Below, piece by piece: positions 36,328-45,985 of a stretch of DNA of 64,000 nt. Position numbers and translations under genes: made by a program. The notes under the pieces are model-generated. The model was not told the origin of the DNA. It worked only from the letters and a program-made list of their open reading frames with translations, and ran no database searches. Location: the NCBI GenBank assembly GCA_964451965.1, contig CAYVKH010000014.1, positions 1,979 through 65,978 on the forward strand, given 5' to 3'. The DNA is from an uncultured Opitutaceae bacterium (GTDB lineage: Bacteria > Verrucomicrobiota > Verrucomicrobiia > Opitutales > Opitutaceae). How positions within the stretch are numbered: position 1 is the first letter of the stretch; every line of letters begins with the position of its first letter.

Positions 36328-37956
36328 ATGCTGAAGCGGGGGATGATCGTCCTTGCCCTCGTGGCCACGGTCGCGCTGCCGTTCATCCTGCGGCCGCGCC
36401 AGGCGTCGCCCGAGCGCGCGGACGACACGGTGGTCATCATCACGCCCCACAACGAGGCGATCCGCCACGAGTTCGAGCTGGGGTTCAGGGACTGGTACAG
36501 GGCCAGGACGGGGCGCACGGTCTTCGTCGACTGGAGGATGATAGGAGGCACGAGCGAGATCGCGCGCTACCTCGAGGGCGAGTACGTGGCCTCGTTCCGC
36601 AACCTATGGACGGGGAAGCTGGGCAGGCCCTGGAGCGCGGAGATCCAGTCGGCCTTCCAGAACGGCCGGCTGCCGGCGGACGCCGCGCCCGAGGCCCGGG
36701 AGGCCCGGGCGGCCTTCCTGGCGTCGGGCGCCTCGTGCGGGATCGACCTGTTCTACGGGGGGGGACCCTACGACTTCGAGAGGCAGGCGCGCGCCGGGCG
36801 GCTGGTCGACCCGGGCATCCGCAGGCTCCATCCCGACTGGTTCACGCAGGAGGCGTTCCCGGGCACCCTCGGCGGGGAGGTGAACTACGACCCCGACGGC
36901 CTCTGGTTCGGCTCGGTCCTGAGCTCCTACGGCATCCTCTTCAACCGGGACTGCCTGAAGCGGCTGGGATTCAGGCGCGAGCCCGAGCAGTGGTCCGACC
37001 TCGCCGACCCCCGCTTCTACGGGCAGCTCGGGATGGCCGACCCGACCAAGAGCGGGTCGATCGCGGCGGCGTACGACAACGTGATCCAGCAGCAGATCCA
37101 CCTGAGGCTCGAGGCGATGCGCGCCGAGGGCCCCGGCGCCGACCCGGGTTCGCTCGCCGCAAGGGGCGTCCGGCAGGGATGGACGGACGCCATGCGGCTC
37201 ATTCAGCTTGTCGGGGCCAACGCGCGCTACTTCACCGACACCTCCCAGAAGCCGCCCATAGACGTGGCGACGGGCGACTGCGCCGCGGGCATGTGCATCG
37301 ACTTCTACGGGAGGGAGCAGCAGGAGGCCGTCAGGCGGCGCAACCCCGGGGGTCCGGACAGGCTGGGCTACGTCTCGCCGAAGGGGGGGTCCGCGTACTC
37401 GGTCGACCCCATCGCCCTCCTCAGGGGCGCGCCGCACCCCGCGGTCGGGCTGGCCTTCATCGAGTACACGCTGTCCCTCGACGGCCAGAAGCTCTGGAAT
37501 TTCCGGACGGGCGCGCCCGGCGGTCCCCGGCAGTTCGCGCTGCGGCGGCTGCCCGTGCGCCGCGACTTCTTCGGGCACGCGGAATGGCGGCAGTACCGCA
37601 GCGACCCGGAGGTGGACCCCTATTCCGAGACGGAGCTCCTTGTCCACCATGACGAGTGGACCGGGCGGCTTTTCCAGGAGCTGGCCTTCGCGGTGCGGGT
37701 CATGACGGAGGACACCCATCCGGAGCTTGCGAGGGCGTGGCGAGCGATCATCGAGGCGCCGGAGCCGGCGCGGGGCAGGGCGCTGGCCGTCCTCCAGGAC
37801 GTCTCGGCCATCGACTACGACCAGGCGCTCGGCCGGATCAAGCAGGGCCTCGGCTCCAAGAACCAGGAGGACGCCGTCCTGCTCGCCCGCGACCTCGGCG
37901 AGGGATTCCGCAGGAACTACCGCCGCGCCGAGAGCATCGCCCGGGGAGGGGAGTGA
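36328..37956 (+). CDS. Probable ABC transporter periplasmic substrate-binding protein (unusually long, 542 aa)
   Basis: Begins 10 nt after the ATPase gene and has an N-terminal hydrophobic anchor/signal (MIVLALVATVALPFIL). Resemblance to family-1 (Fe3+/polyamine type) binding proteins is only general. Confidence 0.65.
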   Translation: MLKRGMIVLALVATVALPFILRPRQASPERADDTVVIITPHNEAIRHEFELGFRDWYRARTGRTVFVDWRMIGGTSEIARYLEGEYVASFRNLWTGKLGRPWSAEIQSAFQNGRLPADAAPEAREARAAFLASGASCGIDLFYGGGPYDFERQARAGRLVDPGIRRLHPDWFTQEAFPGTLGGEVNYDPDGLWFGSVLSSYGILFNRDCLKRLGFRREPEQWSDLADPRFYGQLGMADPTKSGSIAAAYDNVIQQQIHLRLEAMRAEGPGADPGSLAARGVRQGWTDAMRLIQLVGANARYFTDTSQKPPIDVATGDCAAGMCIDFYGREQQEAVRRRNPGGPDRLGYVSPKGGSAYSVDPIALLRGAPHPAVGLAFIEYTLSLDGQKLWNFRTGAPGGPRQFALRRLPVRRDFFGHAEWRQYRSDPEVDPYSETELLVHHDEWTGRLFQELAFAVRVMTEDTHPELARAWRAIIEAPEPARGRALAVLQDVSAIDYDQALGRIKQGLGSKNQEDAVLLARDLGEGFRRNYRRAESIARGGE

Positions 37957-37978
37957 GCGGGCCCGCGGGGCCCGCCCT

Positions 37979-38635
37979 CTAGAGCTCGGCGAACGACGCC
38001 GCGAACGCGGCCTTGTCCGGGGCCGCGAAGAACGACGTCCCGGCCACGAAGGTGTCGGCGCCCTTCGCGCGGCAGAGCGCCGCGGTCGCGCGCTCGATCC
38101 CCCCGTCGACCTCGATCCGCAGGTCGAGCCGCCGGTCGCTGCGCCAACGGTCGACCTGGGCGATCTTCGGGAGCACGTCGTCCCTGAAGGCCTGGCCCCC
38201 GAAGCCGGGCTGCACCGTCATCACGAGCACAAGGTCCACCTGCCCGAGGTAGGGCTCCGCGGCCTCCGCGGGCGTGCCGGGATTGATCGCGATCCCGGCG
38301 CGGCACCCGTGCGCGCGGATCGCCCTCAGGGCCGCGGCGTGGTCGTAGGCCGGCTCGGCGTGGATGGTGATCCGGTTCGCACCGGCCCTCGCGAACGCGT
38401 CGACGTAGCGCTGCGGCTCGGAGAGCATGAGGTGGGTGTCGAAGAAGAGGGCCGAGCCGCGCCTGCGCAGCGCCGCGAGCATCTCCGGGCCGAAGGAGAG
38501 GTTGGGCACGAAATGGCCGTCCATGATGTCGAGGTGCAGCCACTTGAGCCCCAGCCCCGCCACGAGGGCCGCGCTTTCGCCGGCCGCCGCGTGGTCGCCG
38601 GCAAGGAGCGAGGGGGCTAGGATGGGTTCGTTCAT
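37979..38635 (-). CDS. rpe: Ribulose-phosphate 3-epimerase
   Basis: ILAPSLLAGD, LHLDIMDGHFVPN, DTHLM, VMTV.PGFGGQ.F and VDGG are present. Confidence 0.92.
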   Translation of the reverse strand: MNEPILAPSLLAGDHAAAGESAALVAGLGLKWLHLDIMDGHFVPNLSFGPEMLAALRRRGSALFFDTHLMLSEPQRYVDAFARAGANRITIHAEPAYDHAAALRAIRAHGCRAGIAINPGTPAEAAEPYLGQVDLVLVMTVQPGFGGQAFRDDVLPKIAQVDRWRSDRRLDLRIEVDGGIERATAALCRAKGADTFVAGTSFFAAPDKAAFAASFAEL

Positions 38636-38656
38636 GGATGGCCGGGCCCGGGCGGC

Positions 38657-39196
38657 TCACCACACGTCGAGGACGGCGTGGGTCACCCTGTCGGAAAGGA
38701 GCGAGGCGAGGAGGGGGAGGGTGTTGTACTCCGACTGCAGCTGGTCGTTGCTGGTGCCGAACGGCACCGAGCCGAGGCCGTTGTCGGTGAAGGCCTCACG
38801 GTGCACCTCGAGGAGCCGCCCGTCAAAGAGCATCCTGCCGGAGCGGTTGTCGCGCAGGCTGCAGCTCGCTGTCAGGCGCAGGGTGAACTTGCGGGCAAGC
38901 CCCGTGTCGTCCTCGCGGCTCGCGTCGTTGTCCCGGCGGTAGGTGACCAGGGTGACCTCGAGGGTCGCGTCCGCCTCCGACGCGCGGCCCACGACTGTCA
39001 CGCGCCCGTCGCGCACGAAGGCCTCCCGGACCATGGCGCTCACGGTGGCCTGCGCCTGCGCCAGCTTCGTCTTGTTCCTCGCCGGCTCCACGTAGAGCGT
39101 GGAGAACGTCGGCCCGGGGCCTGCGCCCATGCGGTAGTGCCCGCATCCCTGCGCCAGGAACGCTGAGATCAGGAGCAGGCTCCACACTCGCGTCAT
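38657..39196 (-). CDS. lptE: LptE-like outer-membrane lipoprotein
   Basis: Lipobox LLISAFLAQGC. Size (179 aa), YRMG opening and position next to bamD fit LptE, but the family assignment rests on weak similarity. Confidence 0.5.
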   Translation of the reverse strand: MTRVWSLLLISAFLAQGCGHYRMGAGPGPTFSTLYVEPARNKTKLAQAQATVSAMVREAFVRDGRVTVVGRASEADATLEVTLVTYRRDNDASREDDTGLARKFTLRLTASCSLRDNRSGRMLFDGRLLEVHREAFTDNGLGSVPFGTSNDQLQSEYNTLPLLASLLSDRVTHAVLDVW

Positions 39197-39217
39197 CGGT
39201 TGCCGGCCGCGCCGGGG

Positions 39218-40264
39218 TCAGAACAGCCAGAACCGCTTCTTGGGGGCGGTCTTGGGCCCGATATCCTGCTTGGCCGCCTTCGCGGCCATCTCGGCCAGGC
39301 GCTTCTTGGCGACGGTCGCGGGCGCGGAATCCGGAAAGGCGGTGATGGCCTCGTTGTAGAACACCTTGGCCGCGGTGAAGTTCAGCCGCTTGTAGAAGTA
39401 GTAGTCGCCGATGTAGATTTTGCTCTGCGCGAGGATCGTCTTCATCCTCTCGACCCCCGCGGCCGCCTTAGCGATGTTGGCGTCGCCGGGGTAGAGGATC
39501 ATGAAGTCCTCGTAGTAGGTCATCGCCTCCTTTGTCGAAGCCTGGTCGTACTTCGGGCCCTCGCTCAGGGACGCGTGCAGGTCGCCCAGCTTGAGGTAGG
39601 CGACGGGCGCCAGGACGCTCTGCGGGTAGGTGTTGACCAGCCGGTCGAGCGAGTCGATCGCCTCGTCCTTGTCGTTGTCCATCTGGAAGCCGCGGGCGGC
39701 GTCCATGAGGGAGAGCGGCGCATAGTCGCTGTAGGGGGCGTCGGCCACGATGACCAAGAAGTACTCGATGGCCTTCACCCGGTTGGTGGGTCCCGGGATG
39801 AAGCCCCATATCCGGTTGTGGCCCCCGTCCATCAGGGCCGCGGCCACCTGGTACTGCCCCCCGATCACGTCGTTGAAGCGCTTGGAATTCGGATAGCGCG
39901 CGATCATGGTCTGGAAATCCGAGAAGGCCTTGTAGTACTGCTTCTTGCGGAGCAGGAGGCTGCCGGACCGGTAGAGCGCCTCCGGGGCGTAGACGGACGA
40001 CTGGTACTTCTTGGCGACCTTCTCGTAGGAGCTGATGGCGGACCTGAAGCTGCCCTCCTCCTCGGCCCTCCTCGCCTTGTTCATGAGATCAAGGGCCGAG
40101 CGCCCCTGCGGGCCCGCGAGGCCCGAAAGGGAGCCGCCCTCGAGCTGCCAGCCCCTGCCGGGAACCCAGGTCAGATCGGCCGCCAGCCTTGGGGCCGCGC
40201 CTAGCGCGAGCGCCGCCGCGATCCAAAAAGGCAGTGTAGACCGGCGGAAAAAGGGTATCGGCAT
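39218..40264 (-). CDS. bamD: BamD-like outer-membrane assembly TPR lipoprotein
   Basis: ATG at 40264. Signal-like N-terminus, then TPR-like helices with the YfiO-style pattern (YAPEALYRSG, YPNSK, DAPYSDYAP, YPQS, YYE.F...YP). The upstream part of ORF 39218..41167 is a shadow of fabH. Confidence 0.6.
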   Translation of the reverse strand: MPIPFFRRSTLPFWIAAALALGAAPRLAADLTWVPGRGWQLEGGSLSGLAGPQGRSALDLMNKARRAEEEGSFRSAISSYEKVAKKYQSSVYAPEALYRSGSLLLRKKQYYKAFSDFQTMIARYPNSKRFNDVIGGQYQVAAALMDGGHNRIWGFIPGPTNRVKAIEYFLVIVADAPYSDYAPLSLMDAARGFQMDNDKDEAIDSLDRLVNTYPQSVLAPVAYLKLGDLHASLSEGPKYDQASTKEAMTYYEDFMILYPGDANIAKAAAGVERMKTILAQSKIYIGDYYFYKRLNFTAAKVFYNEAITAFPDSAPATVAKKRLAEMAAKAAKQDIGPKTAPKKRFWLF

Positions 40265-40275
40265 GAGAACGTGAA

Positions 40276-41268
40276 TCACCAGCGAATCAGGGCGCTCCCG
40301 TAGGTCAAGCCTGCCCCGAAAGCGACGAGGAGCGTGACGTCCCCGCGCTTGATGCGACCCGCCTGGCGGGCCTCGTCGAGGGCGATGGGGATCGAGGCGG
40401 AGGACGTGTTGCCGTACCGGTCCACGTTCACGAAGAAGCGCTCGATCGGGAGCTCGAGGTACTGGGCGATCGCGTCGATGATGCGGAGATTGGCCTGGTG
40501 GGGTATCACGAGCCCAATCTGATTCGCCGCGAGGTTGTGTTGTTCCAATATATCTCTCGCGGCCTCCTCCATGACCCGGACGGCCAGCTTGAAGACCTCC
40601 TTGCCCTTCATCTTGATGAAGTGGTCCCCCTTCCTGAAGGAATCGGCCGAGGTGGGCGCGCGGCTTCCCCCTCCGGGCACCAGCAGCAGGTCGGTGTCCT
40701 CGCCCAGCGCCCCGAGCCGGGTCCCGATGAGCCCGATCCCGGGCTTGTCGCTCGTCCCGATGACGGCCGCGCCGGCCCCGTCCCCGAAGAGCAGGCACGT
40801 CCCGCGGTCCTTCCAGTCGACGATGGACGACAGCTTCTCGGCGCCGATCACGAGCGCCTTCCTGTAGCGCCCCGACGCCACCAGGGCGCAGGTCGTGTCG
40901 AGGCCGTAGATGAACCCCGAGCAGGCCGCGTTCACGTCGAAGCAGGCGGCCGTCGTCGGGACCCCCAGCTTGTGCTGCAGGACGCACGCCGTCGACGGCA
41001 TCGGGTAGTCCGGCGTCACGGTGGCGACCACCACCAGGTCGATCTCGGAGGCGGAGACGCCCGCGTCCTTCAGCGCCCTCTGGGCGGCGTGCAGCGCCAG
41101 GTCGGACGTCGCCTCGTCCGGCGCGGCTATCCGGCGCTCGCGGATCCCGCTCCTGGCCCGGATCCACTCGTCGGACGTGTCCACCATCCGCGAGAGATCC
41201 TCGTTCGTGAGGACGCGCTTGGGAGCATAGGAGCCGGTGCCGAGGATGACGGTCGAGCGGATGGCCAT
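40276..41268 (-). CDS. fabH: 3-oxoacyl-ACP synthase III
   Basis: Catalytic contexts [11 protein letters not shown] (Cys), PHQANLRI (His) and [10 protein letters not shown] (Asn). TSDEWI..R.GI..R is also present. Confidence 0.93.
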   Translation of the reverse strand: MAIRSTVILGTGSYAPKRVLTNEDLSRMVDTSDEWIRARSGIRERRIAAPDEATSDLALHAAQRALKDAGVSASEIDLVVVATVTPDYPMPSTACVLQHKLGVPTTAACFDVNAACSGFIYGLDTTCALVASGRYRKALVIGAEKLSSIVDWKDRGTCLLFGDGAGAAVIGTSDKPGIGLIGTRLGALGEDTDLLLVPGGGSRAPTSADSFRKGDHFIKMKGKEVFKLAVRVMEEAARDILEQHNLAANQIGLVIPHQANLRIIDAIAQYLELPIERFFVNVDRYGNTSSASIPIALDEARQAGRIKRGDVTLLVAFGAGLTYGSALIRW

Positions 41269-41278
41269 GCCGGAAGGG

Positions 41279-42328
41279 TTATGCGACCGGGGCCAGCAGA
41301 AGCTCGTTCGCGCGCGCGATGTCCGTCTCCATCCTCAGGTTCATGTCCGCCTTGATGATCTCGCCCGCCGCCCGGATCGCGCTCTTGATCGCGTTGCGGT
41401 TCGACGAGCCGTGGGCCTTCAGGATGTTGCCGCGCAGCCCGAGAAGGGGGGCGCCTCCGTAGCGCTCCGGATTGATCCGGTCCTTGAGCGCCGCGAACGC
41501 CCCCTTGGACAGGAGGGCGCCCGTCCTGCGCATCGGGTTCGCGCCCAGCTCCTCGCGCAGCATCCCGCGTATGAACTTCTCCAGGGACTCCCAGCTCTTC
41601 AGCATGATGTTGCCGACAAACCCGTCGCAGACGACCACGTCCACGTGCTCGGCGAAGACCTGGAACCCCTCGATGGGCCCGGAATACCTGATGATCCCGT
41701 CGATCCGCTTGAGGAGCTCGTTCGTCTCGGTGATCAGCGAGTTGCCCTTGCCGTCCTCGGTGCCGATGGACATGAGCCCGACCCGGGGCGAGGGGACGCC
41801 GAGCATGACCCGGCAATAGTGGCTTCCCAGGATCGAGTTGTGCACCAGGTGCTCGGGCTTGGGCTCGGGGTTCGCGCCCGCGTCGATCAGGACGAAGTGG
41901 CCGCCCTCCCTCGGGACGACCGCCGCGAGCGCCGGCCTGGCGACGCCCTCCATCGTCCTGAGGCGCAGGGTCCCGCACGCCATCAGGGCGCCGGTGTTCC
42001 CGCAGCTGACGACGACGTTCGCCTCGCCGTTCTTCACCTGCTCGATCGCCCGCGCCATCGACGAGTCCTTCTTCCTCTTCAGCGCCACGAGCGGCTTGTC
42101 ATCCATGGTGATGACCTCGGAGGCGTGGAGCACCGACAGCCGGTCGCTCCTGTGGAGCCCGTAGTGCATGATGATGGGCCTGAGGATGGCCTCGTCCCCC
42201 ACGAGGGTGATCGGCGCCAGGTTCGGGCTCTGGGCGAACGCAAGCTTGACCGCGGCGACAACCTCGCTCGGGCCCAGGTCGCCGCCCATCGCGTCCACCG
42301 CGATTCGACCGGGAGATCCAGGGGCCAT
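41279..42328 (-). CDS. plsX: Phosphate acyltransferase PlsX
   Basis: ATG at 42328. [24 protein letters not shown] and the rpmF-plsX-fabH gene order support the call. Confidence 0.93.
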   Translation of the reverse strand: MAPGSPGRIAVDAMGGDLGPSEVVAAVKLAFAQSPNLAPITLVGDEAILRPIIMHYGLHRSDRLSVLHASEVITMDDKPLVALKRKKDSSMARAIEQVKNGEANVVVSCGNTGALMACGTLRLRTMEGVARPALAAVVPREGGHFVLIDAGANPEPKPEHLVHNSILGSHYCRVMLGVPSPRVGLMSIGTEDGKGNSLITETNELLKRIDGIIRYSGPIEGFQVFAEHVDVVVCDGFVGNIMLKSWESLEKFIRGMLREELGANPMRRTGALLSKGAFAALKDRINPERYGGAPLLGLRGNILKAHGSSNRNAIKSAIRAAGEIIKADMNLRMETDIARANELLLAPVA

Positions 42329-42365
42329 GACCGTCCTCGTACCGCCTTTGCTGGACGGCTGGGGC

Positions 42366-42545
42366 TTAGGCCTCGACGTTGAGGACCTGGCGGCCCCTGT
42401 AGGTTCCGGTCTTCGGATTGACCCGGTGCGCCCGCACGAGGCTTCCGTCGGCAGGGTCCCGGGCGAACTCGGGCGCCTGGAAAGCGTTGGCTGCACGTCG
42501 GTTTGCGCTACGACGCTTGGACTGCTTGCGTTTTGGATTGGCCAT
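42366..42545 (-). CDS. rpmF: 50S ribosomal protein L32
   Basis: ATG at 42545. MANPKRKQSKRRSANRRA..., 59 aa. Confidence 0.9.
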   Translation of the reverse strand: MANPKRKQSKRRSANRRAANAFQAPEFARDPADGSLVRAHRVNPKTGTYRGRQVLNVEA

Positions 42546-42662
42546 TTGTGAGGGGGTTAAAGGTTGACCGTTTAAAGGCCGCGTCGCCTTCCCGTCAAGC
42601 GCACACTGGAATGCACACAATGCTTGTGCCTCGGGCCGGGTCGCGTACCAAGGAGCGACCGC

Positions 42663-43532
42663 ATGCCGCCCTCGCTCCTTCAAATCATCCTCCTGGGAAT
42701 CGTGCAAGGCGCCGCCGAGCTGCTCCCCGTCTCAAGCTCGGCCCACGTGATCGCGGCCGAGAAGCTCATGAGGCTCGATCCCTCGAGCCCGGAGATGACC
42801 TATCTCATGGTGATGCTGCACGCGGGCACGATGGCCGCCATGGTGGTCTACTTCTGGGGCGCATGGAGGCGCAGCTTCTTCGCGAGCAGGGCCGTGTTCA
42901 TGGACTTCGCCCGCAGGGCGGCCCTCGCGACCCTGGCCACGGCGGCTGTGGGATTTCCCCTGCAGCTCCTCGTGGTGAGGGTCTTCCTGCGCGGCAAGCC
43001 CGGGGCGCAGGTCGAGGACCTGTTCTCGAACCTTCCCCTCATGGCGTTTTGCCTGGCCGCGGCCGGGGTCCTGATCGTCGTGGCCGGGATCCGGGCGAGG
43101 TCCGCGCCGGCGCCGCAGGGGACCACCATCCCGAGCGGCCCGGCGCTCTGGATCGGCGCCATCCAGGGCGTCTGCTTGCCCTTTCGCGGCTTTTCGCGCT
43201 CCGGGGCCACGATCTCGACCGGGATGCTGCTCGGCCTCCCGAGGCGGCTGACGGAGGAGTTCAGCTTCGCCCTCGCCGTCATCCTGACGCCGCCCGTGAT
43301 CCTCCGCGAGGCCCTGAGGCTCTACAGGTCCCACCCGTCGGGCCAGGGCGGCCCCGGCCTCGGGGCGCTCGCGCTGCCCGGCCTCATCGGGATGGCCTGC
43401 AGCTTCGCGGCCGGACTGGCCGCCCTGAGGTGGCTCTCGCGCTGGCTCGAGAACGGGCGCTGGCACTTCTTCGGGTTCTATTGCTTCGCGGCCGCCGCGG
43501 GCGTCTGCGTGCTAGCCGGGATGGGATTCTAG
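42663..43532 (+). CDS. uppP: Undecaprenyl-diphosphate phosphatase (BacA/UppP)
   Basis: ATG at 42663. ILLGIVQGAAELLPVSSSAHV and later FSRSGATI are present; the protein is polytopic. Confidence 0.9.
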   Translation: MPPSLLQIILLGIVQGAAELLPVSSSAHVIAAEKLMRLDPSSPEMTYLMVMLHAGTMAAMVVYFWGAWRRSFFASRAVFMDFARRAALATLATAAVGFPLQLLVVRVFLRGKPGAQVEDLFSNLPLMAFCLAAAGVLIVVAGIRARSAPAPQGTTIPSGPALWIGAIQGVCLPFRGFSRSGATISTGMLLGLPRRLTEEFSFALAVILTPPVILREALRLYRSHPSGQGGPGLGALALPGLIGMACSFAAGLAALRWLSRWLENGRWHFFGFYCFAAAAGVCVLAGMGF

Positions 43533-43534
43533 CC

Positions 43535-44581
43535 ATGGAGAAGCTTCATCAGCTGACGCAGTCGCTGGGCGCCGGGCGCGACCTGACGCCGGACGAGGTC
43601 CGGGCGGCCGCCGCGGCGCTTGCCGCCGAGGGGCCCTCGGACGAGGCGAAGGCGGCCTTTCTTTCCGCTCTCGCAAGGAAGGGCGAGACCTCGGAGGAGG
43701 TGGCGGGCTTCGCCAGGGCGTTCCGGGAGCTCGCGATCGACCCGGGGATGGCGGAGTGGTCGCCGAGGGCCGTCGACGTCGTGGGAACGGGAGGCGACCA
43801 CGCGGGCGGCTTCAACGTCTCGAGCATGGTCACCCTTGTCGTGGCCTGCGCCGGGGTGCCGGTCATGAAGCACGGGAACCGCGGGATCACCTCGAAGTGC
43901 GGCAGCGCCGACCTTTTCTCGGCGCTCGGGGTCAACCTTGACGCGCCGCACGGGCGGCTCCGGGAGGCGATGGGGGTCCTCGGCTACGCCTTCTTCTTCG
44001 CCCCGGCCTGGCACCCCGCGTTCAAGCGCATCGCGCCCGTCCGCAGGCTCCTTGCCTCGCGGGGCGAGCGCACGGTCTTCAACATCCTCGGGCCCCTGCT
44101 CAACCCCGGCCGGCCGGCGAGCATCGTCCTCGGCGCCGCCTCGCCCGCCCTGGTCGAGAAGCTTGCGGACGCGCTCGAGGCGCTGGGGACCGGGGCCGGG
44201 CTGGCCGTGCATGGCGTCATCTCGCCGGGGCAGGGGATCGACGAGCTCACCACGGCGACCCGCAACGTCGTGCGCGGCGTCGGGCGTCTCAAGTCGGTGC
44301 GCGGGGAGTGGACCCCCGAGTCCTTCGGGCTCCCCCTCTCGCCCTTCTCCGACATCGCGGGCGGGGACGTCCCCGCGAACCTCGCGATAGCGAATGCCCT
44401 GGCCTCCGGGGGCGGTCCCCGCGGGCTCGCCGACACGGTCGCGCTCAACAGCGCGGTCGCGCTCTGGGTGGCCGGCGCCCGGGCCGACGTCCGCGGCTCG
44501 ATCGGCGAGGCCCGGGAGCTCCTCCTCGGGGGGGCGGTCCGCAGAAAGATCTCGGACACCCGCGACTTCTACGCAGTGTAG
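43535..44581 (+). CDS. trpD: Anthranilate phosphoribosyltransferase
   Basis: ATG at 43535. VDVVGTGGD, VMKHGNRG.TSKCGSADL and FNILGPLLNP are present. Confidence 0.9.
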   Translation: MEKLHQLTQSLGAGRDLTPDEVRAAAAALAAEGPSDEAKAAFLSALARKGETSEEVAGFARAFRELAIDPGMAEWSPRAVDVVGTGGDHAGGFNVSSMVTLVVACAGVPVMKHGNRGITSKCGSADLFSALGVNLDAPHGRLREAMGVLGYAFFFAPAWHPAFKRIAPVRRLLASRGERTVFNILGPLLNPGRPASIVLGAASPALVEKLADALEALGTGAGLAVHGVISPGQGIDELTTATRNVVRGVGRLKSVRGEWTPESFGLPLSPFSDIAGGDVPANLAIANALASGGGPRGLADTVALNSAVALWVAGARADVRGSIGEARELLLGGAVRRKISDTRDFYAV

Positions 44582-44591
44582 CACCAGCGGC

Positions 44592-45935
44592 ATGAAGAGG
44601 CTCTTCTTTGGGACGGACGGGATCCGGGGCGACTACGGCGGGCGCGCCGTGAACGAGGCGTTCTTCGCCAGGCTCGGCGTCGCCGTCGCGCGCTGGCTTG
44701 AGTCGCGCGGCTCGCGGGCGGGCAAGGTCGTGATCGGCCAGGACACGCGGGCCTCGGGGGCGTCGCTGGCCCGCGCCCTGGGCGCGGGCCTCCGGGACGG
44801 GGGCGTGCGCGCCGTCTCGATCGGGATCCTTCCGACCCCCGCCGTCTCTCGCGCCACCCGGCTCGGCCGCGCCGCGCTGGGCGCCGTGATCACCGCCTCG
44901 CACAACCCGGCGTCGGACAACGGCGTGAAGTTCTTCGGCCCGGACGGGGCGAAGCTCGCCGACGCCGACGAGGCCGCGATCGAGTCGCTCCTGCCCCCGG
45001 AGGGAGGGGCGCCGGCCGGCGTCCCCGGGGAGCTTCCAGCCGAATCCGCCCTGGAGTCCTACATCGAGGCGGCCGCGCGCATCCTGCCGGCCGGCTCGCT
45101 CCGGGGCTGGAAGGTCGCGCTCGACACGGCGAACGGGGCGACCTGCGCCTCGAGCCCGGCCGCCTTCGCCGCGCTGGGAGCCGAGGTCTTCAGCGTGGGG
45201 AACTCGCCCGACGGGTTCAACATCAACGCGGGGGTCGGGAGCGAGCACCCCGAGGCGCTCGCCCGGCTCGTCCTTTCAAGCGGGGCGCGGTTCGGGGCGG
45301 CCCACGACGGCGACGGCGACCGCTGCGTGCTGTGCGACGAGCTCGGCCGCGTGCTCGACGGCGACGAGGTCCTGGCGGTCCTTGCGACCCATGCGCTCGC
45401 GCGCGGCCGGCTCGCCCGGAACACCCTTGTCGTCACCGTCCAGAGCAACCTCGGCGTCGACAGGGCAATCGAGAGGGCCGGCGGGCGCGTCGTCCGGAGC
45501 GCCGTGGGCGACCGCTACGTGGCCGAGAGGATGCGCGCGGAGGGCGCGTCGCTGGGGGGCGAGTCCTCGGGGCACATACTGAACTTCGAGCTTGGCCCAA
45601 CGGGCGACGGCCTGGCGGCCGCCCTCGGGGTCGCGGGGGTCATGGCCGAGACGGGCCGTCCGCTTTCGGAGCTCCGAAAGGTCCTCGCAAAATGCCCCCA
45701 GCAGTCCGCGGCCCTGGGCGTGCGCGAGATGAGGCCGCTCGAGACGCTTGCCGGCCTGGGCGCCGCCGTGAAGGCCCTCGAGGGGGAGCTCGGGTCCGCC
45801 GGCAGGGTCCTCGTGAGGTACTCGGGAACGGAGCCCAAGCTGCGGTTCCTCGTCGAGGGCCCCACGGACGCGGCGGTGCGCTCGGGCATCGAAGGGCTGA
45901 TCGCGGCCGCGCGCGCGGACCTCGGCATGCCCTGA
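44592..45935 (+). CDS. glmM: Phosphoglucosamine mutase
   Basis: ATG at 44592. FGTDGIRG, active-site ITASHNPASDNGVKF, HDGDGDR and GGESSGH are present. Confidence 0.93.
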   Translation: MKRLFFGTDGIRGDYGGRAVNEAFFARLGVAVARWLESRGSRAGKVVIGQDTRASGASLARALGAGLRDGGVRAVSIGILPTPAVSRATRLGRAALGAVITASHNPASDNGVKFFGPDGAKLADADEAAIESLLPPEGGAPAGVPGELPAESALESYIEAAARILPAGSLRGWKVALDTANGATCASSPAAFAALGAEVFSVGNSPDGFNINAGVGSEHPEALARLVLSSGARFGAAHDGDGDRCVLCDELGRVLDGDEVLAVLATHALARGRLARNTLVVTVQSNLGVDRAIERAGGRVVRSAVGDRYVAERMRAEGASLGGESSGHILNFELGPTGDGLAAALGVAGVMAETGRPLSELRKVLAKCPQQSAALGVREMRPLETLAGLGAAVKALEGELGSAGRVLVRYSGTEPKLRFLVEGPTDAAVRSGIEGLIAAARADLGMP

Positions 45936-45985
45936 GGCCGGCGGAGATGGCTTGCGCGGCCGTCCCGGCGAAGTTTGCTTTCCCC

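Noticed and set aside
35110-36468. N-terminal ~450 codons of ORF 34531..36468 (-)
   Set aside because: Only the last 175-192 codons encode Hpt. The upstream part is antisense to the ABC ATPase gene and has no HPRT-like sequence.
40265-41167. N-terminal extension of ORF 39218..41167 (-)
   Set aside because: It is out of frame over fabH. The BamD-like protein begins at ATG 40264 with its own signal-like sequence.
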